NCBI GenBank assembly: GCA_017551665.1 | Contig: JAFZLB010000104.1 | Location: 9,860-73,859, forward strand | DNA length: 64,000 nucleotides | Source: Lachnospiraceae bacterium | Lineage (GTDB): Bacteria > Bacillota > Clostridia > Lachnospirales > Lachnospiraceae | Reading direction: 5' to 3' | In this document: piece after piece, positions 46,801-53,239 of the stretch | Layout of the letters: every line of letters begins with the position of its first letter | Numbering within the stretch: position 1 is the first letter of the stretch | The notes under the pieces: model-generated | The model's database searches: none | Told to the model about the DNA's origin: nothing | What the model saw: the letters and a program-made list of their open reading frames with translations, nothing else | Position numbers and translations under genes: made by a program

Positions 46801-49800
46801 GTGAACGTGAAGATCGGTGACGCCGCCGGCAAGGCGACCGTCAACGAACAGACCCTGACCGTCGTCATCACGGATGGAGCCATGCAGGGCAAGAAGGTGG
46901 AGATTACCTTTAAGGCGAGAATCCGTGAGGATGCCACAGACTTAAGCGCCTACATGGATGCGCAGAACCCGCGTGCGAAGGTGCCGAATGAAGCAACCGG
47001 CACGATCGTTGCGGGCGGCAAGCAGAAAGAAATCATCTCCGAAAAGGTCACCATCACCCCGCCGGATCCGGCGCCGGAAAAGACGGTGGGCGGAGCAAAA
47101 GAACTGGTACTGACGGGACGTGACCAGGATATCCCGTATGAGATTACGGCGGTGATTCCGGACCGCAACAACCTGGTCAGCCTCGTGATCGAAGACGAAA
47201 TCGAGGACGTGCTGGCGTTCAAGGACGGCACGGGCGAAGTGAAGGTCATCATCGCGGGAACGGATGAAACGGCAACGGCAGGTGTCGTCGTGATCGGCGG
47301 ACAGAAGCTGACCGTGAACGTACCGAAGCAGTACCTGAACGGCACATCCGCCGGCAAGGAAATCCGCGTGACCTTCACAGCGAAGTTCAAAGCGGATGCA
47401 AACCTCAGCGGGTACATCCAGCCCGATACGGGCCGTGCGGAAGTGCCCAACAAGGCCTTCTTCATCCTGACCCCGCCGGATGGTGATCCCGTCGTCATCC
47501 CTTCGGATGAGCCGGTGGTCATCCCGCCGGAGACGGAGCTGGATAAAGATGTCAACGGTCAGGAAACACATGCGGATCTTGGCGCGATCGATGAGATCAT
47601 CACCTACACGATCAACACGGTGGTGCCGGAGCGCAACAATGTCACGAACTTTGTGATCACAGATACGATTGAAGATGTGCTGGCCTTTGAAGACAGCCAG
47701 CAGCAGGTGCAGGTATACGTGGCCGGTGAAAAGGTCACGGGTGCCGCGAAGATCAACGGACAGACCCTGACCGTCACGATCCCCGCAAATTACCTGACGA
47801 ACCCGAAAAAGTACGCGGGCAAACCGGTTGTGGTGACCTTCCGTACGAAGATCAAGGCGGACGCGGACCTGACACCCTACATTTACAGGAAAGACGGCAC
47901 GGCAACCGCAAGCGGCAAGGTGGAGATCCCGAACCAGGCGACGTACGGCTTTGATATCGGTGGCGATCATTTCGAAGACGTTTCCGACGAAGTCACCGTA
48001 ACACCTCCCGATCCGACACCGGAGAAGGAAGCCAACGGTTCGCAGGATCCGCAGATCGTCGGCCGCTACGATGAGATCACCTACACGGTGCGCACCGTCG
48101 TGCCGACCCGCGCAAACATGACGAAGTTTGTCATCAGCGACGAGCTGGTGCCGGTGCTGCAGTTCCTCAGCGCGGAGGAGGAAGTGGAAGTCAGCCTGGA
48201 CGGCGGCAAAGTCGCCATTCAGGAACAGAAGCTGACCGTCACCTGGGAAGGCGATGCGCTGAAGAAGATAATGGGTCAGACCGTGGAAGTGAACTTCAAG
48301 GCACAGATCCGCAAGGAAGCCGGTCTGGATTTCAGCCCGTACATTCATGCCGGCGGAGCGGAGATCCCCAACAAGGCGACCTACACCATGTCCTTCCCGA
48401 ACAAGCCGGATGAGAGCATGGAAACGGAGGAGATCATCATCACGCCGAAGGCTCCGGAACCGGTGAAGACCGTCGCGAACGAGACGCGCGAAAACCACAG
48501 GGATCTGGATGACCGCTTTGAGGAGATCACCTACACCCTGAAGACGGAGCTTCCGATCCGCGGTGACATGAACAGCTTCATCATCGAAGACATTCTGGAA
48601 CCGGAGCTGCAGTATGTATCCGATGCAAATGATGTCATCGTGAGAATCGGCGGCACGCCTGTCGACGGCATCACGACGGTGGACAAGACGAAGAACACCC
48701 TGACCGTGGATATTCCGAAGAACCCGTACCTTTCGGCGAACCTTGGCGATGAGATCACGGTGGAGTTCCGGGCACAGATTCGTGAGAAAGACGCTGCCGG
48801 TGCGGCAGTGAGCCTCGCGAGACATGTGAATCCCGCGACGGGCAAGGCGGAAGTGCCGAACATCGGCCGCGTGTTTATCAAGACCACCACCGGCAAGGGC
48901 CCAATCCGCAGGGATACGTCCCCGGCCTCCGGCCTGACGGGAGATGTCGTGATCGAATCCAACGAAGTCACGGTGACCCCGCCGGATCCGAAACCGGAAA
49001 AGACCGTTAGTGACGGCCAGACGCACCTTGACATTGTGAGACCGGACGCGGAGATTCCGTACACGATCACAAGCCGTGTGCCGGAGAGAGCCGGACTGGA
49101 ATACTTCGTCATCACGGATACCATTGAGGAAGTCCTGCAGTTTGTGGACGGCAGCGTGAAGGCGACCCTCGGTACGCAGGACGTGACGGCCCTCGTGAAG
49201 ACGGAAGGACAGAAGCTGACGCTGCGCCTCGACGGACAGTACGTGACGGCACAGTTCCAGGGACTGCCGGTGCAGATAAAGTTCAGCGCACAGTTTAAGA
49301 AGGGCGCGGACTTAAGTGAATATGTCACAGTCAACTACGCGGTGCCGAACAAGGCAACACAGGAGTTTAAGACGCCGCAGGACAACCCGAAGGAAGATTC
49401 CGATGTGGTTACCGTGACACCGCCGCCGGAAATTGAGAAGGAAGTAAAGAACGCGCCGGTTGCCGCCATCGAGAACCGCAGGGAAGAGATTCCTTACACC
49501 ATCAACACCTCCATTCCGCTGCATGACGGTGTGACAAACTTTGAGATCACCGACGTGCTGGAGGAAGTGCTGGAAGTCGTCCCCGGTTCCGTGAAGGTCA
49601 CGGTGGACGGCAAGGAAGTGACAGGCGCGGACAGCATTGACGGACGGACGCTCACGGTGAGCATCTCCGACGCGGCGCTCCTGGCACAAAAGGGCGCGAA
49701 GGTGCAGATCGGCTTCACGGCGAAGATCAAAGACGGCGCGGATCTGACGAACTACGTGGTCGATCAGGCAACGGATGCGGTCGAGATCCCGAACAAGGCC

Positions 49801-50712
49801 TCCTACCGCTACGCCTTCGGCAACAAGGAGTTTACGGGAACGACGGAGGATGTCATTGTCAGACTGGATCCCGAGACCATCGAGATCCCCGTGGAGAAGA
49901 TCTGGGCGGATGACAACAACAGAGACAACGCACGTCCGCAGAGCATCACCATCCGTCTGACGTCGGATGCGCCGGACTTCGGCGAAATGACACTGACGCT
50001 GGCACAGGCGAACGGCTGGAAGGGCACATTCACCGGCCTGCCGAGATACACCATCACCGGCAAACTCATCAAATACACGGTGAGCGAGGACGCTGTGGCA
50101 CAGTACGCTGCGGCGGAGATTGAAAGCAAAGAGGATGCACTCGGTTCGGTGCAGAGCGTGACGGTCACGAATACGCATACGCCCGACAGAACCAGCGTGA
50201 GCGTCGTGAAGGTCTGGTCCGGTGACACGGCTGCGACAAGACCCGCCTCCATCACCATCCGCCTGCAGGCAAACGGACGGGCGACGGGACAGACCCTGAC
50301 ATTGAACGCCGCGAACGGCTGGAGAGGCAGCTTCACGGATCTGCTCGTCAACGAGAACGGCAGGGCCATCGTCTACACTGTGACGGAAGACACGGTGGCG
50401 GGCTACACAACGACGATCAGGGCAAACGGCACATACAGCTACACGGTGACGAACACCTACAACACGCCGCCGACCCCGCCCACACCGCCCACACCTCCGG
50501 TGAACCCGCCTGAGGTACCGGAAGAGCCGGAAGTCCTCGGCGCCACCCGTGTCCGCATGACGGATACACCGGAAGTCCTGGGCGTACGCCGCGGCAAGAC
50601 AAGCGATGACTTTGATCCGATGCGTCACATGATGCAGATCGTCCTCGCGGCAAGCACCGCTGTCATGGTGGCCTTCGCCTTCGGCAAGAAGAAGGAAGAA
50701 GAGGACGCGTAA
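37858..50712 (+). CDS. giant (4,284 aa) multi-domain cell-surface adhesin
   Basis: Uninterrupted ORF; AAGGAGG SD; signal peptide MKRLVARILATIMMAATLANAFSNVRA. Acidic EEAPAPA repeats, about 19 CnaB-type domains, 8 isopeptide D2-type domains, Pro-rich tail, TM + KKKEEEDA. Confidence 0.9.
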   Translation: MKRLVARILATIMMAATLANAFSNVRATNDETVFMEDEFIAAAEETQEAEEAPAPAEEAPALAEEAPAPAEEAPAPAEEAPAPAEEAPAPAEEAPAPAEDITGTDPSIEDPAPAEETPAPAEEIPAVEEETVADEIPAEETADDELVEEAETEEETDTEEVNEEATTLVINYGASVGGTVTVTSETIDLTGAYKAKGSKAKADEGYLFTGWKAEDGSIVSVDDAYAPDVYMIDEIVYSGTPDDDGVIETTFTACFEEGKEVTAQAYVGTTLIRVRYNEAAFDEAVELNAREITKRDRAEYAKVEAAVDEATGADVAPEDVEFAAFDIFFSNQEGKEVEPKEGSFVSVSISTSGNETPDEVEQVLHIDDANRVEEVAADTNGGSVDFTTDDFSIYIIIGSNTKSSVNASADVYRYGNGKTIAGKNYTWSERVDVTFTDRNINEGGAIATLANDLKYYGTYYHKGEGEFVKVSAWILQNVNSNRWRVVAHFDDGTPDKIYYDNGTGESNYGHFAWLADAPDMDSRTPTGTITANIYLLIDAEEPPVPLHKGYAAGLFGPYRNNEPYFSVQINLDALNEQMQPYISDKKAGNGENHVYYTYLMHDGYADNEPNRAEAERFFDNVLMNPAVMPNAADRAKFAETFKTTPGGQDNFIGYVLKRENDMSYRWHIDGIARNIPNYWIEIYEKGQGKPFATHASVTEAQYRPSVMDQTTKYVAQKAGVSNDKVTWNADFKGGTVINKDGAVQTFTLLPMPNAKGSGTDSGFDGNPGNVTYEQIAARNYLARFELSFEPVSALTISKKINVTDNNADARAQAQNNKYAFTVKQGGNVVRFTKSTTNENVYNYSASGNVTSLEVTGEQTVYVYGLPAGGYSVEETGKGNAISGYNHSVGYSPANGGVTVAAGKTVNVDVTNKYEPSTGTLKITKQVEDKTDGGNFNSKAYEFTVTAANGKQLSFTKNGANYAYAENGANKTITISGAGTATITGVPAGKYIVQEVNPTAAGLQAQGYVLATSYTPAGGNVTVVAKQEASVTVKNTIKHTDEKIQPKGTKTWIDGGKNGGNHRLVINLYRKVEGGQEELVRTKTLDPGQTEYSFIEFPARDENGKLYTYRVEEVLPDGYELVSAIPNGTGGADFTNRLKQENINISGKKTWIDGNSTNRPALTIQLFRNDVLVEMQTLTGNQTTYAFNNLPKYDDNRNPYTYRVEEIVPTGYEKTGETANSTGGKDFTNRLLQQPRSISGQKTWIDNNNPDRPNLTIQLWRKSGNGQFAKVAETTLKKNETTYRFDNLDRYDDARNEYVYEVREVVPAGYEKQSETVNATGGKDFVNILKQEKINISGKKTWVDGNSANRPKLVVQLYRDYVLLETEEFDEGATSYTFTELDKYAPDRHEYFYEVFEVVPAGYELTKETVNNTGGKDFENTLGQEYTSISGTKTWIDGGLQSYQRPNLTIQLTQNGEDYGQPRSFGNGATRWSFDNLPKFDAQRNEYTYSYREVSVPGYTTTIDDNTNTITNTINSKPVNISGKKTWIVPQGTKVPDLTIELWRKAGQYGTLEKVTETTLKNGQTTYSFNNQDERDDQGNLYYYEVREVLPDGYHMVSESVNDTNGKDFVNAIDQEVIKIEGTKTWKDNKQNANQRPNLYLVLKRDGNEYRTGSFGYGATKWEFKNLPKYDLPGQGADTVKGDGHEFVYTVDEPQIAGYTTTRNGNDFVNTINQQPTSISGTKTWVDGNRAAKDRPALIIQLLRNGQPYGQPKDFGKGATSWNFDNLDMYDENGKPYTYTVEEKLDPDTEYDVTVNGNDITNTLKPVRTEIRGTKEWKDNKTNANERPAPTFILYRDGVEYMRKPFAKGATTWEFTDLPKYDLPGYGDETVRGDGHEFKYTVEEVKPEGYTVSRTGNAFTNTIEQKETQVKGTKTWIDPVGTVHDTITIVLLQDGEEFRKTDLANGFTTYEFNNLPKFAADGHEYVYTVEELTVPGYTTTRNGNDFTNTIDQVRIEKSGKKTWVVPAGAEVPSVTIELYRDRQSDADKPYKTYTIPGGKVTEGSYVFTNLPKYDLPGQGADTVKGDGHEFRYEVKEVSVPGYTTVQQGNDFINTIHQEPTEISGTKTWIDPYGEDNSKRPELKVNLLRDGDYVKTGKFGKGATTWSFPELPKYAVRKDGKDIEGYNGPYDGHEFVYTAEEVETDGYTTAKIDANNRIINTIVQQTVRVEGKKTWIAPADMQRPEVTIELYRDDVKITEQKLTNDRYSFTELPKYDIKDADGKLLGDKIKSDASSKATGDGHEFTYTVAEVIANNANGATYTQTSAISATDNAGNIAMNFENTIDQDYTTLDGKKSWNDPYTNPEDRPELEVDLYRDEVKIISKHGFGKGATKWKFENLPVYAVKGKNGEEIDGYTGAYDGHKFTYKAVEVKPDGYTTDVDANGNFINTIEEDFTEIGGTKTWHDPYADAEDRPELEVQLKRDGVALGQPRKFGNGATEYKFEELPKFNLKDKNGKLIDASKPEGHEFVYTVEEIVPTGYTLMSADGATDFINTIRQEYIDKSGTKTWIVPDGHEVPQIKINLLRDGTVIRVYTLEGGNVKSETYKFENLPRYNLKDENGILMDATQPEGHEFVYTIEEERPDGYHQLSADANTTNGIDFVNEIDQKPMTVTLTKIWDDISYTGRPAQISFRLSATAGRKTVELAAMAEKNDVEIKTQITLPTDGEKEDENTWTYEWTGLDTYDENGQPITYTVTEVDEVKLEDGTTVTLGDLGYKSVRMGDQEQGFTYTNTRTPDDEPEKTVNGVKELELTNRDEIFTYTITAVIPDRDKMTAFTITDTLEDVLEFVGTGANVEVTVGTEKLTGAATIAGQILTVKLPAKYLKSAGETVTVSFKARIKANVTDFSAYTLTSDSGRPEIPNKAFVRVDFPNRHDEFPTDEPEIIPNEEPLVKTVNGKEHYDLKERNEAVEYKLTTEVPTRANFESFTITDTLEDVLEFVDGDDVNVKIGDAAGKATVNEQTLTVVITDGAMQGKKVEITFKARIREDATDLSAYMDAQNPRAKVPNEATGTIVAGGKQKEIISEKVTITPPDPAPEKTVGGAKELVLTGRDQDIPYEITAVIPDRNNLVSLVIEDEIEDVLAFKDGTGEVKVIIAGTDETATAGVVVIGGQKLTVNVPKQYLNGTSAGKEIRVTFTAKFKADANLSGYIQPDTGRAEVPNKAFFILTPPDGDPVVIPSDEPVVIPPETELDKDVNGQETHADLGAIDEIITYTINTVVPERNNVTNFVITDTIEDVLAFEDSQQQVQVYVAGEKVTGAAKINGQTLTVTIPANYLTNPKKYAGKPVVVTFRTKIKADADLTPYIYRKDGTATASGKVEIPNQATYGFDIGGDHFEDVSDEVTVTPPDPTPEKEANGSQDPQIVGRYDEITYTVRTVVPTRANMTKFVISDELVPVLQFLSAEEEVEVSLDGGKVAIQEQKLTVTWEGDALKKIMGQTVEVNFKAQIRKEAGLDFSPYIHAGGAEIPNKATYTMSFPNKPDESMETEEIIITPKAPEPVKTVANETRENHRDLDDRFEEITYTLKTELPIRGDMNSFIIEDILEPELQYVSDANDVIVRIGGTPVDGITTVDKTKNTLTVDIPKNPYLSANLGDEITVEFRAQIREKDAAGAAVSLARHVNPATGKAEVPNIGRVFIKTTTGKGPIRRDTSPASGLTGDVVIESNEVTVTPPDPKPEKTVSDGQTHLDIVRPDAEIPYTITSRVPERAGLEYFVITDTIEEVLQFVDGSVKATLGTQDVTALVKTEGQKLTLRLDGQYVTAQFQGLPVQIKFSAQFKKGADLSEYVTVNYAVPNKATQEFKTPQDNPKEDSDVVTVTPPPEIEKEVKNAPVAAIENRREEIPYTINTSIPLHDGVTNFEITDVLEEVLEVVPGSVKVTVDGKEVTGADSIDGRTLTVSISDAALLAQKGAKVQIGFTAKIKDGADLTNYVVDQATDAVEIPNKASYRYAFGNKEFTGTTEDVIVRLDPETIEIPVEKIWADDNNRDNARPQSITIRLTSDAPDFGEMTLTLAQANGWKGTFTGLPRYTITGKLIKYTVSEDAVAQYAAAEIESKEDALGSVQSVTVTNTHTPDRTSVSVVKVWSGDTAATRPASITIRLQANGRATGQTLTLNAANGWRGSFTDLLVNENGRAIVYTVTEDTVAGYTTTIRANGTYSYTVTNTYNTPPTPPTPPTPPVNPPEVPEEPEVLGATRVRMTDTPEVLGVRRGKTSDDFDPMRHMMQIVLAASTAVMVAFAFGKKKEEEDA
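38005..38151 (+). repeat. in-frame 21-bp x7 tandem repeat (EEAPAPA)
   Basis: Seen directly. Confidence 0.9.
40970..46180 (+). repeat. array of 17 diverged CnaB-type domains (~90-105 aa each)
   Basis: Recurring G(T/K)KTW(I/V)D....RP.L.(I/V).L.R(D/N)......F....T.(Y/W).F..LPKYD....(Y/F).Y.V.E..V.GY; boundaries approximate. Confidence 0.7.
46180..49860 (+). repeat. array of 8 isopeptide-forming pilin-D2-type domains
   Basis: Each has (P)EKTVNG.., ..(I/F)TY.(I/L).(T/A).(V/I)P.R......F.I.D.(L/I)E.VL.F and ..(E/V)(I/V)PN(K/Q/E)A; boundaries approximate. Confidence 0.65.
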
Positions 50713-50752
50713 GACAAAGCGAATTTCGACTAACCTATCGTCTTAGCAAATA

Positions 50753-50789
50753 CACACGCCGGGAGCAGCGCTCCCGGCGTGTGCATTTT
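50753..50789 (+). terminator. intrinsic terminator after the giant adhesin gene
   Basis: 14-bp perfect stem CACACGCCGGGAGC/GCTCCCGGCGTGTG, 3-nt loop, CATTTTG. Confidence 0.7.
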
Positions 50790-50879
50790 GTAAGAAAATG
50801 CTGCCGTTGTTTTTTGCGACCGGATTTGATAAAATTCATGTAAGTGCATTGGTCGCACATAGGAAGGGATATAAAAAGG

Positions 50880-51131
50880 ATGAGCACATACGAATCAACG
50901 GTTTCACTGATGAAAGGATTGCCGGAGACAGATCTCTTGAAAATCAAAGAGTTTGTCAGGCGGTTACTGACAAAACCGGAGGAGAGACAGGAAGTTTATA
51001 ATCCTTACAAACCGCTCACCCGCGAGGAAGTCATAGAGCGACTGGCTTCGGCCAGAAAAAGCGCGGAAGCGGGAAGGGTCATGGAGGCGCATCAGGCCTC
51101 GGCAAACGTGAGAGAAAAATACGGTTTATGA
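50880..51131 (+). CDS. putative antitoxin of ParE/RelE-type TA pair
   Basis: 83-aa ORF after an AAAAGGA SD; stop overlaps the toxin ATG (ATGA). Confidence 0.55.
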   Translation: MSTYESTVSLMKGLPETDLLKIKEFVRRLLTKPEERQEVYNPYKPLTREEVIERLASARKSAEAGRVMEAHQASANVREKYGL

Positions 51132-51439
51132 AAAACTGGAATGTGATCATCACGGAAGAAGTACAGGATGATTTGGACAATTTTGTGTATTATCTTCTGG
51201 TTGAAAAAATGAATGAGCAGGCAGCAAGGGCGGTTCTGGAGGATTATGATGAAACGGTCGACGAGCTTGCGCTTATTGCCGGAAGCCTGAAAACATTAGA
51301 GGATCCCGCGTTGAGCGGCTATCGGAAAATTCGGTTAAGAAGGCATCATTATTACCTGATATATCATCTGCAGGAAGATACAGCAATCGTAGACCGAATG
51401 TTTCACGACCTGCAGGATCTGGATAAGGCGATGACGTAA
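51128..51439 (+). CDS. type II toxin, RelE/ParE superfamily
   Basis: 103 aa; ...YRKIRLRRHHYYLIYHLQEDTAIVDRMFH is a typical ParE/RelE C-terminal pattern. Confidence 0.65.
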   Translation: MKNWNVIITEEVQDDLDNFVYYLLVEKMNEQAARAVLEDYDETVDELALIAGSLKTLEDPALSGYRKIRLRRHHYYLIYHLQEDTAIVDRMFHDLQDLDKAMT

Positions 51440-51622
51440 GAAGTACACCGGCAGTTGGAAGCGTCGGATAAGAGAGTACTTATAAAGCCCGGGTGTATCA
51501 CCGTATCTATCACACTTTACGTTTTTAGTTGCTTCCGCCCAGAGGGAAAATGATTATTTTTTTCATAAATCATTCTCGTACTTTTTTTTTCATTGTTCAA
51601 AATGATATTTTCGCAAAACCGC

Positions 51623-51651
51623 TTCTAATGTGGATTTTCCTGTGCTATAAT
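51623..51651 (+). promoter_or_regulatory. candidate promoter of the pilus island (TTCTAA-17-TGcTATAAT)
   Basis: Extended -10 TGCTATAAT at 43-51 of line 51641; AT-rich upstream region with AAAATGAT-type repeats. Confidence 0.45.
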
Positions 51652-51757
51652 CCCCTTTTGTAAGGGCGTAGTTGAGGGGAATGGGGATTCTCCGTCCGGG
51701 TGTTACCGGAAGATTCATTGATTAAAACCTAATACAGACAGGTCGTTTGGTACAGTC

Positions 51758-52651
51758 ATGACCGAAAAAGAATTACGCAAACTCAGCCGCGTGGAGCTGC
51801 TGAAGCTGCTTGTCGAAGTAACGGAAGAGAATGAGATGTTACGGGCACAGCTGCAGGGACAGCAGGAGCTTTCGCGGCGTGCACAGATACAGGACAGTCA
51901 GGAAGTCAGGGACAGCGTGGAGGATGTGTTCCGCACCGTGGAAAGCACCGCCACAGGTTTCCTGAGCAAAGCACAGGGCATCGCGGATCAGATCATCGAG
52001 GACGCGAGAGTCCGCGCAGACCGAATGATCCATGACGCGGAAGCGCGGGTCGCACAGGCGGCTGATCCTGTCGAAGTCCCGGAAGCCCGGGAAGAGCCTG
52101 TCATCGCCCCCTATGAGGCGTTCACGGCGGCGGCACCGCAGATGCAGCAGGTGATCGGAGAGATCGCGCTGGAACAGTCACCGCAACAGTCCGCGGAAGA
52201 CGCCTTCGCGACGGACGCGCTGTTCGCGGGGACAAACGCGACGGAGGTCACGCAAAGACGCCTGACGGAAGTGCGTGTGACGGAACCGGCTCCGGTGGCC
52301 GCGGAACCCGCACCGGTGGTGCAGCAGGCTGAGATCGCCCCGGCCTTCCCGCAGGTCACTGCACCTGTCGAAGCACCGGCAGATGCGCAGCCCGCACCGG
52401 TGGAAGCACCGGCACCTGCACCCGGCGAAGCACCTGCTCCGGTGATCGCACCCGTCGAAGCCCCGCTTCCTGCCCCGGCGCCCGCGGTATATCCGGAACA
52501 GCTCATTCCGCAGGAAGAGGACTTCCGCATTGAAGGGCTGGAAGAGAACGCCACGGCGCAGAATTCCGTTTCTGCCGGAATGCCCGTACAGCAGCAGGAG
52601 CGTCCGCTTACCGCGATTGACATGCTGAAGCGGCTGCAGGGAGGCTCGTGA
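51758..52651 (+). CDS. hypothetical protein: N-terminal coiled coil + Pro/Ala-rich C-terminal half
   Basis: MTEKELRKLSRVELLKLLVEVTEENEMLRAQL; APVEAPAPAP repeats. Stop overlaps the start region of the signal peptidase gene. Confidence 0.55.
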   Translation: MTEKELRKLSRVELLKLLVEVTEENEMLRAQLQGQQELSRRAQIQDSQEVRDSVEDVFRTVESTATGFLSKAQGIADQIIEDARVRADRMIHDAEARVAQAADPVEVPEAREEPVIAPYEAFTAAAPQMQQVIGEIALEQSPQQSAEDAFATDALFAGTNATEVTQRRLTEVRVTEPAPVAAEPAPVVQQAEIAPAFPQVTAPVEAPADAQPAPVEAPAPAPGEAPAPVIAPVEAPLPAPAPAVYPEQLIPQEEDFRIEGLEENATAQNSVSAGMPVQQQERPLTAIDMLKRLQGGS

Positions 52652-53214
52652 TGACGGGGGAAGATCGCCCGACGGCGGCGCAGCTGAAACAGGAGCTCGG
52701 CAGGGAACTTCAGAAGAAACGCTATAACCGCGCGCTGCGCAACACGGTTTCCGTTCTGATCGTTGTGGCGGCGGCGGCAGTACTGATTGCGGTGTTCTTC
52801 CTCTCGGTGCTGCGTGTCAGGGGAGATTCGATGTCTCCCAATCTGGATGAGGGAGACCTTGTGGCGGCGGTAAAAACCACAGGCTTTGCACCGGGAGACA
52901 TCATCGCTTTTTATTACGGTCACAGCATTTTATTAAAGCGCGTGATCGGAAGCGCCGGAGACATGATTAATATTGATGACGAAGGCAATGTGTATGTCAA
53001 TGGCGTGATGCTGGAGGAACCGTATCTGACGGAAAAACACAAAGGGGAGTACACGGACATTGTTTACCCTTATCAGGTACCGGAGAAGCGGTACTTTGTG
53101 CTGGGAGACAACCGTAAGGATTCCATCGATTCCAGGTCACTGGAAGTGGGACCGATCTCAACGGACCAGGTCGTCGGCAAAGTACTGTTCCGCATCTGGC
53201 CTTTAGGAAAATAA
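52651..53214 (+). CDS. signal peptidase I (S26 family), pilus-island associated
   Basis: TM anchor, RGDSMSPNL (Ser), LLKRVIG (Lys), VLGDNRKDSIDSR. GGGAGG SD 7 nt before the ATG at 52651. Confidence 0.8.
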   Translation: MTGEDRPTAAQLKQELGRELQKKRYNRALRNTVSVLIVVAAAAVLIAVFFLSVLRVRGDSMSPNLDEGDLVAAVKTTGFAPGDIIAFYYGHSILLKRVIGSAGDMINIDDEGNVYVNGVMLEEPYLTEKHKGEYTDIVYPYQVPEKRYFVLGDNRKDSIDSRSLEVGPISTDQVVGKVLFRIWPLGK

Positions 53215-53239
53215 CAATCAAAGGGGAGTGCACACCGGT

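Noticed and set aside
41266-49026. Three very long minus-strand ORFs (786, 1006 and 694 aa) antisense to the giant adhesin gene.
   Set aside because: They fully overlap a 12.8-kb sense ORF that has clear domain repeats, a signal peptide and an SD. Their translations are Arg/Gly/His/Val-rich low-complexity strings without motifs, as expected for stop-poor antisense frames in GC-rich repetitive coding DNA.
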